Shown here: positions 25,135 through 37,380 of the stretch, piece after piece | Layout of the letters: each line of letters opens with the position of its first letter | Numbering within the stretch: the first letter of the stretch is position 1 | Assembly: GCA_004022145.1 (NCBI GenBank) | Contig: RCNU01000003.1 | Origin: Paecilomyces variotii | Lineage: Eukaryota | DNA: 64,000 bases | Strand: one strand, 5' to 3' | Translations under genes and position numbers: made by a program | The notes under the pieces: generated by a model | Databases searched by the model: none | What the model saw: the letters and a program-made list of their open reading frames with translations, nothing else | Told to the model about the DNA's origin: nothing

Positions 25135-27392
25135 CTATTCACTCTCCTGTGTGGTCTTTTCCGATTTGGGCTTCGTGCTGGATATTCCAAAGATCTCGAT
25201 AAACAATTCCTTAAAGAACCGTCTAGTTTCCCAGATGGGCAAGATACCGCATAAGGCGACCGCTCCAAAGACCCAAATGAACGAGATGACCACCCATGCG
25301 ATGAAGAACCCCTTGGAGAAGACGTAGTGGCTCAAGAACATCGGAATGGGAATCAGGAAGTCCATGATGAATGAGAGAACGGTCGACGCCGTGACGGCAA
25401 GGATGAACGCCCGCCTGAGACGCTTGGGGTCATCGACCACAGCTTCGTCTTCGATCATCTCCTTTTCTTCATCTTGCACAGTTTGGAGATTGTGATTGTG
25501 GTTAGGGTCTTCACCACCGGTCTGGACTATGATGGGATTCTCGCCAGCAGCTGGAGCGTTGATGGCCCGGGTGATTTCCCAGTCGAAATCGTCGGGTTTG
25601 ATAACTGAGACGACCACTGATACAAGTAGGCCGGTGAGCACGGCAGCCATGTTTCCAGCAAGAGTTGGGTATGATTGCCCAGTCGTGGTGACGTTGAGCT
25701 CTCCGTAGTAGACTTTGCATTCAGCAAGCCATGCCGTGAGGCCCGCAATGAGACCACAGATCGCTCCAGAGATGGCTCCTGCTTTTGTCTGACCTTTCCA
25801 GGTGACAGTAAACGCAGCTGGGAAGACGGCTCCGCCGATAAGAAGACCCATAACAAGGAACAGCCAGCCTAGGTCGATACCGATGGCATTCCAGATGCAT
25901 GCGAAAACTGCCATGATAACACCAAAAATGCAGATCATGACGTGCGATACAAAAATCAGCTCCTTGGGAGTAGCCGACGGTTTGATATAGACTTTGTAAA
26001 TGTCGAAAGTAAGGATAGATGACACCGCAATGAGCTCAGACGCAGATGAGGACGTTACGGCCATAAAAAGCGTAATAAGCAACGCTACAGCACCGTGCTT
26101 TCCTAGCAACGCGGCTGCTGCAAATGGAGCAGAGAGACCAGCTGATACCTGCGCTGTGGTCATGTTGTTCGGGTATGTCGGATAACGAGGGTTATCTGTG
26201 AGAGCAACGGCAGCCAGACCGAGAGTTGTAGAGAAGCCAAAGGGAATGGCGAACCACGCAAAGCCTCCCATAATGTACGCTCGCACAGCGCTAGAGGGAC
26301 GACTTGCGATTGCTCTCTGCCAGTAGCCTTGGTCTAGGAAGACAGTTCCCATTCCAGAGCAGAGCTGGATAACACCGAATATGAGACCGTAGTTGGACTT
26401 GAGTGTCAAGTAAGAGCCGTCGGTATTACCAGCCACGGGCCGCTTTATGGAAGCTTCCTTCAAGAGCTCGTACATCTCCGTAGGTGATCCGATCAGATCA
26501 CTGGATGTGTACGTTGTGAACATGAAATAAAGTATAATGATCATCAAGATCACCGTATGAGAGTAGTCGCCTGCATAATCATATTAGTCTCCTTCCTCGT
26601 GCCAATATCATCGCAATCTGACGAGGATGTAGTTCACATACAAAGAAAAGTAGCTCGAAGACCGCCAAGAACAACATAGACGCAGACACCCAGTGGGATC
26701 AAAAAGACGGCTGCATATACGTTCATTCCGGTTAAGGCTGTAACGACGGCACTGCCACCAAGCAGAAGCTGACTAGCCACCAGAATGTTGGTCATCATGG
26801 CAAAGAAGATGAAGACAAGGTGAGTGACTCTGCCATATCGATGGTAGACTATCTCCAAGTACGTATGGCAGTAAGGAGCATTCTGTTTCACCTTGCACGC
26901 AAGTACTGAAAACATGAAAATCTGCACTGTTGCTCCTGCGGCATCTGTACCATGATGTGAGTACTCTTCCGCAGACACAATGAATCAATATAGGATACAA
27001 CTAACACTATCTCAAGTCAGAATAATCTCCCGAAAAAGGGCTGATATTTAGTGAACATACCCAGAATGGTCCCGAAATTCCATATTCGTAAGCTACAGTA
27101 CTGCTTTGAAGTAAGGTAGCAGCCCATGTCCATGCCGAAACAACACCGCTAGCGATCAAGCCGGGCTTCACACTTCTACTGGCCGTATTGAATTCCTCAC
27201 TTGTCTTTGTTGAGTACTGCGTATATTTGTTCTACTTGAAGTCAGCATCAGCTTTTCACATGCTGGGGATTGTACACGGACCTGCATCCAAGAAACACCA
27301 GCCATGACGAGAGCGAAGAAGAAACCAATACCGACAACTACCCCGTATCCTGCCCCCTCGGGCAGGACAGGCACGACGGCATCAGAAGCCAT
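25135..27392 (-). CDS. Urea/polyamine active transporter, sodium:solute symporter family (Dur3/UreA-like); includes a predicted 1-nt exon at 27006
   Basis: [99 protein letters not shown]. Introns at about 27232-27282, 27007-27060, 26945-27005 and 26571-26641. Confidence 0.92.
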
Positions 27393-27599
27393 CTTGGATG
27401 GTCGAAGTATTTTTTCCTAGATATGCAATATACAATGATACCTACTTGGCAACAGGGCGAGCGCGCTAGGGTATTCATGCCGGACTATAAGGAACTTATA
27501 GACCACGACAAGAGATAGATGCATGCGACGAGAGCCATCACTCTGGGGGGCCACGATCGCATGGCCAGATGCATCGAAGATCCGAACATGACGTCGAGA

Positions 27600-28830
27600 T
27601 ACTACCTACCACGCACTCCAGGCGTGATAACGGTGTTTGATTTCGTTGTTATCATTATCAGTGATAACCAGAATCGCATTCCATTTCTGGAAGTGGAAAT
27701 ATGCTGGTCTGATCATATCGTGTAGATCATGTAGATCAACTTAATTCGTCACGGTTGAAGATAGCTTATTTGGATTCCGACAAATATCGTTGGCTACCGA
27801 GAAATGCGTACGGGAATGATTGGTCATTATCAAACTCAAGGTGCTGGTAGTCAGAATCCGCATCCTTTAACCTAGCTGATTTCCTTATCTCGTGGTTGCG
27901 CAGACTAGACTAGCTGGGCACGTCGACTTGAACTGGCGTCCTGTTTGCGAGCGACGAGATAAGTCTCCCATCAAAATAAGCAGATGATTGGCTTTGGTAG
28001 ATCCATTTCCAACATAGTACTTCATGGTCAATCCAAGAATACGAGTATGGTCCCTGTTTGGGTCCACTTTCAGTAGGTATCTACTACTGCAGACCCCTGA
28101 TTTTCCATGGCATGGAGGTGGTAAACAGTAACGGTCCAGGGCAGCAATAACCCCTCAACAGTCAGGTACATCGTGCCAGGGAGAAAGTCCAACTGTCGCT
28201 GAGATGCTCCGGGAGCCCATATCTGCAGTTGTACAGTTCACTTCAGTGAGTATGCGATTGCAGAATAATGGCTGCGTCCACCACACTACACGGCAGTTCG
28301 ATGTCTCGACTAAAGCTCGGGCCAATTACGCGTGGATGGGATATCAGAGCTTCGGCGAACCACCGTGCTGAGGGGTAACTAGTCGGGGTACGATGATATG
28401 CGGAGGACTTATTCAACCCCAGAGTAAGCCAACGTTGGAAGGCAGTTTGACTCTCGACGGTATCCACTGCAATCCCGAACTCTTCGTTCCGCGGGGATAT
28501 AACCAACGATATGGCTTGTCGGATGCCTAGTGTTCACTCGGTGCGGGTTTGAGAGTTTACTGTAGGTGGTCTTGATAACATCGCCTCAGCCCCACAGATA
28601 CCGATTATCACCAAGCGCCCTTCTTCTATCGCCCGAAAAGCTGTACAATTCGGCCTATGAACTCTATATCGATACCTTAAACTGCAGGCCGAACACCAGT
28701 GGGATGGAAATCTCGAAAGTCAAACTGCGCACGGGCTAGTGTTTATCATGCTGATTCGGGAAATTTTGTCTATTTCGTCAAGATCGTTCGGGTTCCAATG
28801 ATAGAGTAGCTGATAACATGAGAAACACCG
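27600..28830. promoter_or_regulatory. Bidirectional promoter with clustered HGATAR sites (candidate AreA/NIT2 nitrogen-regulation sites)
   Basis: About a dozen GATAA/TTATC motifs, including the dense cluster GTGATAAC...GTTATCATTATCAGTGATAAC at about 27624-27668, between two nitrogen-related genes. Confidence 0.55.
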
Positions 28831-29050
28831 GACAGGAGAGAAATCTGGACGAGATCGCCAAGGGTCCATGCGTTTTGCATATCCTGATCGAGTAATCCCG
28901 CATAGAGAATAGCTGCTGTAGAGGTCGGAGATGCGCGAAATATCAACTCTGCCGCTGAAGCGGCCTTAGGTATTTATAATCGTTCCAAAGAGCCTTGTAG
29001 GTATTCAGCTATCGAACAATCATTTCGAGAAAACAGGATTATTTGCCACC

Positions 29051-30555
29051 ATGTTTAGACGCGCCGTAACAGTGAGCTTTCGAGCGAGGCTCATCACTCG
29101 TCGTGCATACTCGACTGCACCCAACGCGCTTCTTGCGGAGAAGCTCAAGATCAATGGTGATAGGCTCTGGTACGGGTCATGTCGATGAACTGGCTAGTTG
29201 GAACGTGAACCTGGCTGACTTGAACAGGGATGATATCCACTACACAGCTCAATTCAGTGCACCTTCTCCTGGTGGTGTGACCCGTCTATGTGCCGACGAG
29301 AATGATAAGAAGGTCCGGGACTGGTTCAGAGATCAGGTGCTTGCACTGGGAGCAAAGTACACTGTCAGTATAGGCTTTCCGTCATGATGCCCTGGATATG
29401 AGCTGAAGAGGGCCTAGGTTAACGCGACTGGTACCCAAATCGCCACCTTCGAAGGCGAGGACAACAGCATTCCACCCATTGCTATGGGAAGTCATCTAGA
29501 CACCGTCGCCACTGGAGGTAGATTCGATGGCCCCCTCGGAGTGAGTCGTCCCCCAATCCTCGCATGCACGACTTTGTTTCTTACAAAAACAGGTCATATC
29601 CGGACTCGAAGTCATCCGAAGTTTGAAAGAACAAGGAATAAAGACTCGTGCACCACTCACCCTTTTCAACTGGACAAACGAGGAAGGAGCGCGCTTCTTC
29701 CCTCTTCTTGGATCCTCCATTGTGTATGCTGGAGAATCATCCGTCGACCAAGCACATGCCTCATACTCAAATGATGGATCTGGCTTGACGCTGGGCAGTG
29801 AGCTGGCCAAGATCGGATACGTCGGTGATGGTCCCAATACCTTTGAGGAATTCCCTATTTCAGCTCATTTCGAGGTACATGTGGAACAAGCCACCGATCT
29901 CGAGAAGGCCGGCAAACCCGTCGGTTGGGTTGAGGGATGGCAGGGAATGACCTGGTATCAGGTCATCTACCATGGTGACGATGGCCACGCGAATACCTAT
30001 CCCATGTATGGACGTAAGGATGCCCTGGTCGGTGCCTCTAAGCTCATCGTTGCGCTTGAGGATCTTGCATATGACTTGAATGGTTATACCACGACCACCA
30101 ACATCCAGAGCGGTCCATGGGGTGCCTGCAACATCCAATCAAAGACCAAAGTCGTCTTCTGCTTGATGCACAAAGAAGCACAGGGCTTAGAAGACATGGG
30201 AGAAAAGATCGTTAAGAAGATCAAGGGTATCGCCGCCTTGCATGGCCTTGAATATGAGCTTGAAAGACAAGTTCACCTACTCCCTGGAGACTTCTGGCCA
30301 GAAGCCATTGATTGCGTCAGGCGAGCCTGCGGCGACAAGGGAATCGGTTCCCGCACTGGTACTGGCCACGACTCAACCATGACCAGACTCAAGTGCCCAA
30401 CCGCCATGGTTTTCGTTAGGGGTAAAGATGGAATCAGTCACTGTGCCAGGGAGTGGAGTGATAAGGAGGACTGCGCTGAAGGAGCTCTCGTCTTGGGCAA
30501 AGCTGTCCTCAACTTCGACGAATATATGAAGACGAAGGCCTCAGGAAAGGCATAG
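29051..30555 (+). CDS. M20-family Zn amidohydrolase (beta-ureidopropionase / N-carbamoyl-amino-acid hydrolase-like) with a predicted mitochondrial presequence; 4 exons
   Basis: INGDRLW, GSHLDTVATGGRFDGPLG, NWTNEEGARF, HFEVHVEQ, GHDS and GISHC. Introns 29170-29227, 29364-29417 and 29541-29592. The N-terminus MFRRAVTVSFRARLITRRAYS is Arg-rich with no acidic residues. Confidence 0.9.
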
Positions 30556-31399
30556 AATAGTGGTTATTGTAAGTTAGCGTCTTGACGGATATTATATTCA
30601 ATCCAAGTATCAATATTTCTCTCTGAATGAGTGTGCATACATACATATGCGTTGTTCCATTCTTATCAAATCAAAGCAACTCTTAACTTCAATTCTGTCA
30701 GCACAGATCATGAAATCAACAAAGGTGAGAAGCCATATTCGTACCCGGAAGTAGTAGTACACATACTTGTGCATAAAATCAGTAGAGTTCATGTTCCATA
30801 GAACGACGCGGTCCTTCGATATTCAGGACCAGGACCTCCACAGAATAAATGCAATTGACCCGTCCCCTGTATTAGCCATGGCAAAGTAGACTAATAGGAG
30901 AATATGGCTTGGAGCTTCATATAAGCTAAATGAATTTCGAGTAAATATCCTAGGGATTATCACCCGTAAGTACGCTCTTTAAGAGCATTTGCAACCGCCT
31001 TAGTCATATTTGTTCGCATTGACAATAGCTAGACTAAGGGTTATCTTAAATAGAGCTCTTTAAAAAAGACCATCATCGAGGAATTCTTTATAATTGAGAT
31101 AGAAATATGGGAGGTACACAACCGTGGATTTTTACTGGGTAAGAAATAATGATAGTCCCGGCTCCAGATGAACTAAGTAACTCCCCAACTGCCGTTATTC
31201 ACCGCTTCCGCGCAATCAAATCGCCAGTGTCTCAGATATACGAATTACCCAGCACTTATATAGACACTGGACAGTGCACCAGAACCCTGTTAAACCAGAG
31301 GTCAATAACTATCCGATTGTCTCCAATCTCTCTCTCTATCCACCAAGTACCATAATACATCACCCCCGAGATAGAAGAGAACCCAACCGAGCTCCAGAA

Positions 31400-32248
31400 A
31401 TGGCGGATACCAAGGAGCCTCTCCTACACTCCAAGAGCGACGCATTGGATACCGTCGAACCCCCGCCATCGTATGAAGCCTCGTCCACCACGACACCAGC
31501 TCGCGCATCGCTACTACCACGACCTCCTCCTCTTAGTCTCCCAGCGCTCATCAAGCTTCGATCAAAGCGAGTGATCCTCGCGTCTGCATCGCCCCGCCGC
31601 AAACAGATCATCTCGTTCCTCGGCCTGAACAATGTCGAAATCATTCCTTCCAACACGGCAGAGAACTTTCCCAAGACGATGACGCCGTTCGAGTACGTCC
31701 TGGCGACGGCGACGGAGAAAGCAACGACCGTTTATAGTCAGGAGATTGATAATGAGAAGAAGGGCGAGCCGGGACTGATCCTGGCGGCAGACACGGTTGT
31801 CGTGGATACGACGACGGGAACGATTTTGGAGAAGCCCCGCTCCGAAGGCCATCATATTGCGATGCTCAAGGCGCTTCGAGATGCGCGCGATCATAAGGTC
31901 TACACGGCCATTGCGGTGATGGTGCCGCTGGCAAGCGCGCGGCAGCCCGGATATGCACTTGAAACGGCGGTCGAGGAGACCAGTGTGCGGTTCGATAGCG
32001 AAGTGACGGATGAGTTGATCTTGGCTTATGTCCGGACGAGAGAGGGAGTAGATAAAGCCGGCGGATACGGCATACAAGGACTAGGTTCAATACTCATCGA
32101 GAAAATTGAAGGAAGCGCCGATAATGTCATTGGATTGCCGTTGAGGACGACGCTCAAGTTGATCGAGAAGGTGATGTCGAAAGCGGACGATGATGACAGG
32201 CTACCGGATGATGAGGGAATGTCCGGCGAGGAGGACGAGGACGAGTGA
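31400..32248 (+). CDS. Maf/ASMTL-like nucleoside triphosphate pyrophosphatase; intronless
   Basis: VILASASPRRKQI, ILAADTVV, ILEKP, DKAGGYGIQ and GSADNVIGLP. Confidence 0.92.
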   Translation: MADTKEPLLHSKSDALDTVEPPPSYEASSTTTPARASLLPRPPPLSLPALIKLRSKRVILASASPRRKQIISFLGLNNVEIIPSNTAENFPKTMTPFEYVLATATEKATTVYSQEIDNEKKGEPGLILAADTVVVDTTTGTILEKPRSEGHHIAMLKALRDARDHKVYTAIAVMVPLASARQPGYALETAVEETSVRFDSEVTDELILAYVRTREGVDKAGGYGIQGLGSILIEKIEGSADNVIGLPLRTTLKLIEKVMSKADDDDRLPDDEGMSGEEDEDE

Positions 32249-32575
32249 AACAGGAAGATTATGTTTTCGGTCTTACAGATTTTCATGAAATGACTTATAT
32301 GCTCAGCCAGTTCTGCACTTTCTGGGCTTTACGTCTGGCGTTCGGGCGGAGGGTTTAAAAGATAGACCAAACTTATGATTTTGTAGTACATAGAAATAGC
32401 TCATAGGCAAATACATATAGTTTTCTATGACTAAAGACAATGAAAACATCGGACAGGCGCCTGCAGACCTCGGCCCACACCTAAGTGATCAATACAACAT
32501 ATACACAGGTAGGCACCGGGAGAATCTAGAGAGAAAGCAGAAACAAAGGAAACGATGCTAGTGAATTCTGCGGGA

Positions 32576-33546
32576 TTACGCCTTCCACACACGCTTGATG
32601 GCCTCAGTCAGACCGACATCGTTGGTCTCAAACTCGTAGAGACCAACGGCGGTGGCCAGCGTAGCGGCGCGGAGCGCCCACCAGGCGGCGGCCCGCGTCT
32701 TGGGGACACGCTTGAGCGGGAGGTAGTCGATGATCATAGACCTATTGAAAGGGTCAGTGTGCAAATCCTATTTGCAAAATGTGAGGTCGAGACGTACTGG
32801 AATCCGACATGCGAGTGAAGAACCAGGAGAGCGCAAAGGAACGAGTCCAGAGCGGGATTCAGAGAACCAGCGGCAAAGGGAGCGATAGTGACGGGAACGA
32901 GAGCGGCAGAGACCAGTCTGTTACAGAAACAGTCAGCATTGAAGATTCTTTCCCACGACTTGTTAGTGCAATATCACCCACCTCTCGAAGGTCCAGTGGT
33001 AGCTACCGTGAGTGGGCGATGGAGGAGGAACCGGGGCAGCGTCGTTCGCTAATTATCACATCAGTCAGTTCTCAATTCATGATACGTATTCTCATGCTTT
33101 TTTTATTCCATGTTGCGATTCTTTCGACGGAGTCTCGCGAATGTAATGTGACTTGTTTTGTATATGCGGACAAACGGAGGTTTTATAGGGTAGACATACT
33201 GGTTCCGTGAACGACCTCTGCAATTACACATTCCGTTAGCATCAATGCTCAACACGCAGCTCCTACACATCTCATGCGAACTGCTTCTTGCTCGCATGAT
33301 AATGGCAATTGCGGAGGGCTAGCACTCACGAGGCAGAGGAGGCAGAATCTCTTTCTTTCCGGAAGCGTGGAAAGCCGCAACCTGCGACGAGACGGCGCTC
33401 TCCTTCTTCTGGACCTGAGAAGGACGGACAAAAGTCGCGGCGAGAGGTGACTTGGTCGAGTAGAAGGCAGTGCGAGTAGCAGGCGTCCTGGACATGGAGA
33501 GGACGCTCTGCCTCAGGACCGAGGAGGGGCGGACGAACGAGGCCAT
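32576..33546 (-). CDS. SDH4: Succinate dehydrogenase cytochrome b small subunit (CybS); 5 exons including an 18-nt exon (33200-33217)
   Basis: Mitochondrial presequence, then spliced 'HGSYHWTFER', 'HSHVGFQ|SMIIDYLP' and 'GLYEFETNDVGLTEAIKRVWKA'. Confidence 0.92.
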
Positions 33547-34238
33547 GATTGCTGCTGAGAAAATCGGTTCTCGGAGCAGTAATAGACGACAGAGATTGCC
33601 GGAAGTGTCAAGCGACCGTAGTTGAGCGTTCGAAGATGGCTCTGGGTATAGACCGTCGTCAAAAGGTGAGCTTGTCAGTCAAGATGCTCTTAGCCGCGAG
33701 TTCGCGGAGGAAGTTGGATGGATCTTCCTCGGAAGTTCAAGTCGGAATGCGGTCATCACATTATGGGTCATGTGATTGGCCGCTTCATCCGCTCACTAGC
33801 CGAGAAGGCCCGACAGGCGGCAATAATAGCAGTAGCAATGATAGCAATAGCTCGTAGATACTGTACTCTATAATCTAGCTTGAGCATTACTGATAGTTGT
33901 TGTTGCATCGCAGGTTATCTGAAGACTACATGTTGCGTCTCGCTAATAATATAGATGACTGAGCAGCTCATGAACTACGCCTTCTAGCGACTCCAACCGA
34001 GTTCGAAGATTATTATCTGGGAATCACATTGGATTCGAATCATCATTTCTACCATGATGTCTTTGTTCTCATAAACTACCGATAAATGCTAACAGCATCC
34101 AAAGGGATGAAAATTTCCTCAAAAACTGCCCATGCATACATAGTCCACTGTCTCATGCGACTACGCAAACATGGCGTTTCGGTGTCATGACTTCATATCC
34201 GTCTGATTTCCGCTTCAGGTTATATCCGCCGACCGCGC

Positions 34239-35273
34239 TTAAAACTTGAGCACAGCCTTGCCCTTGTTCTTGCCGTGGAAAATACCAACCAGACCTTCCG
34301 CAGCGTTGTCGATGCCAACGGTCTCGTGGGTCAAAGCCTTGAAAGAACCTTCCTTGATCCACTTCTGCACGTTCTTCTGGTGCGGTTCGAGGTACGGGTC
34401 GGCGAAACCAGGGTCCAGGACGATGAAGCCGCGCATCTCGAGACGCTTCACCAGCACATTGGAGATGTTCTTGATGGGGTAGGGGTTCGTGGTGTTGTAC
34501 TGAGAGATCATACCACAGACAACGACCCGACCAAAGTCCCTGATAGCATCCAGGGCAGCTTCGAGGTGCTCTCCGCCGACGTTCTCGTAGTAGATGTCGA
34601 TGCCCTCGGGGGCAAGGCGCTTCAGAGCATCTGCAGGCTTCTCGTTCTTGTAGTTGAAACCGCCGTCAAAGCCCAACTCCTTGGTGATGAACTCCAGCTT
34701 TTCATCCGAACCAACACTGCCAATGACCTTGAGACCATCGTGCTTCGCGAGTTGTCCAACAAGCTGGCCAACGGCACCGCTAGCTGCAGAGATGAAAATG
34801 ACTTCGCCCTTCTTGGGCTTTCCAATCTCATAGAGGGAAGAGTAGGCAGTCAAACCGGGCATGCCAAGGGCACCCAGGAAGACTCGGATGTCCTCAATGC
34901 CAAGAGGGTTGTCGAGAGGCTTGATTGCGCCAATTGAGTTACCATCAAGCAGGATATACTCCTGAATGGGAAGCTGACCAATGACAAGATCCCCCTCCTT
35001 GTACTTGGAGTTGTTGGACTTGAGGACCTTCGCGATAATGGCGCTATCGATCGGCTTGCCGACTTCGAAAGCCGGAGCGTAGGACTTCACCTCTGCGGGG
35101 CGCATCCGGCCGCGCATGTAGGGGTCATAGCTGGCGTAGAGGGACTTCAACGTGACTCCATTTGCTGGCGCGGGAGAGTTAGCATCGCCGGAAACCGTCT
35201 CGACGGCCAAATGCTCCCCAGGAACAGGGTATTCGGTAGGGACCTTCTTGAAAACGAGTGCCTTGTTACTCAT
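34239..35273 (-). CDS. NADP-dependent medium-chain oxidoreductase (prostaglandin/alkenal reductase-like); intronless
   Basis: SYDPYMRGRM, GALGMPGLTAY, ISAASGAVGQLVGQLAK, GIDIYYENVGG and CGMISQYN. Confidence 0.92.
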   Translation of the reverse strand: MSNKALVFKKVPTEYPVPGEHLAVETVSGDANSPAPANGVTLKSLYASYDPYMRGRMRPAEVKSYAPAFEVGKPIDSAIIAKVLKSNNSKYKEGDLVIGQLPIQEYILLDGNSIGAIKPLDNPLGIEDIRVFLGALGMPGLTAYSSLYEIGKPKKGEVIFISAASGAVGQLVGQLAKHDGLKVIGSVGSDEKLEFITKELGFDGGFNYKNEKPADALKRLAPEGIDIYYENVGGEHLEAALDAIRDFGRVVVCGMISQYNTTNPYPIKNISNVLVKRLEMRGFIVLDPGFADPYLEPHQKNVQKWIKEGSFKALTHETVGIDNAAEGLVGIFHGKNKGKAVLKF

Positions 35274-37380
35274 GATGACTATTCTCGAGTATAGATATCA
35301 AGAGGGTTAAATTGGGTATTGGCAGGGTATGAAAGTAAGGTAAGACTCCCAGGCCAGAAGGGTCTCTAGATCTGAGGGATTGGAGAGCAACTTATACTGT
35401 CGCGGTGGACTACCAAGAATAGGTATGCGTCCGAGCAACGTGCAGTATGTATTATAAAGCAACGGAGAAGAGTCAACCCGAAATCTGGTTCGAAGCTTCT
35501 GGAGCTCTAATACCATACGACGTCTGCGTGGACGTGGTGGCGATCTCCACAAAAAAAATGTACTCTAGAAATTGATCTTTTTAGCGGCGTATAGCTCGAA
35601 AACGGTAGATCCTTTTTTCTAGATGCGTAGAATAGGCGAAATCTTCCCAAGTCGAATGAATCAAATTGGGTTTAAAGGTTGAGAGACAGCGAGCTTTGCC
35701 CTCATCCGGGAGCATATTCACTCTGGCGTAGCCGTTGCGCAATAGCTGTCATATTGTGGCTGAACACGACCCAGAAACGACCGCACATGGAGAGAGGAGC
35801 GCCAGCAGTTGATCTCCATAGGCTCGGGCACGCACTTCCTCACAGATCACTGCAGCGGGGAGCTTTTCCTGTAGGAAGTAGCGGAACCGGTAATAGGGCC
35901 GTGAGGTCACCGTCAAGCTTCAACCGTGCCCCGCCGCGTTTCACACTTCTTTCGCTTCAGAGGGATTCACTGCATGACATGATCCAAATAGGTATCAATG
36001 GGATTGTTGAATCTCATAGCATAAATCCTCAAGAGTCACTATGCTTCATTCTCTCAACTGGAGCACCCAAGACATGAATCCAGCGAGATCATTATTATGT
36101 GATGTCAGTTAGCATACTGGGACACGTAACGGGGTGTCTTTGTGCCGCATTATTAATCAATTCCAGGAACATCCACTTTGTGCTCTCCCAGAGGATTTGA
36201 TACCAGACTCGACGCTCATGCTAAGTACACCGTAGTGTGGTATTTTCATGCTGTAGAAGCGTATTTCATAGGCAAACCCACCTCACTGGGGCCATCCTGG
36301 ATGATATCAATTAGCAATCAGCCATCATCCTTTTTGGCTGTCCTGGGGACATACCTCGGTTGGTAGACGTACATCTAGCGCGTCGCAGGACACCGGAGAT
36401 GTAACTGCATTCTGGTTAATCGTCCGATAAATGAACTGTGTTTCCGCAGGATTGGGCAATGTAATTATGGAGTCAACGCATTGCTGCATATCATAAGGTG
36501 GTGGATATCTGTATTATTATCCAAGTTGCGTATTTGACGATAAGGGCCTCTGCTGATCGTAATGAAGTAGAAAGTCGCATAAGGGGCAAGAGTAGATGTA
36601 CGGACAGAGACAAGCAGGGGGGGCGTCGGAGGGAAATAACAAAGTTGGATGCATTGAAACAGAACTTCCACTCAGCGCGTCACTCCATGTTATCTGCGCA
36701 CCATGGATCTTTGCCAGGTATGAGACCAAATCGCAACAGAAATAAAGGTAAAGATTAATGTCATGAGTCACTTCCAGATCATAAAGTCCAAAGAAACTTC
36801 TTATCTCCTCAGGTCAAACGTTGAACCACCGGGCCGGATGTGTCTGTAAGCACTAAATTTCTCCTGCAGGGTTGCACTTGACAAGAAACTCGATGCTATT
36901 CGACGCAGCACCTTCTACAAAGATGAAGCAAGAATATGGCTCTGCATTCAATGTTCAATATTCCAAGCTGCAGAAAGCATCAAATGCGAAAGGCGTTTAT
37001 TCTCAAAGTGGAATAGGGGTCTACAAATCAAGCTTGCATCGTGGTGCTAATTATGTACTGTACGAGTCCGCCCAGGTCGTTATCAGAACTTCTTGCTCGA
37101 CAGTTCCTAGCAGAATTGCCATAGCTTGATCTTGGCCATTTTCTAGATAGCAGGTCATGGAAGCATAGCAGCTTTAAAACTACGTACAGTACATTGGATA
37201 ACGACAAAGAAAAAAGAAATGAACTAAAGTTTTGGAGAATATAGGTGGACAGTTGTATACTGTACAAGACGCGCTGCTACTACCACATGATCTATCTATC
37301 ACCTGGCAAAAACAAAGGAAAAGATGATGGCATGATGGGACGGAAACACGGCGATATAAAGACCCAAGGTCTCAATTCCT

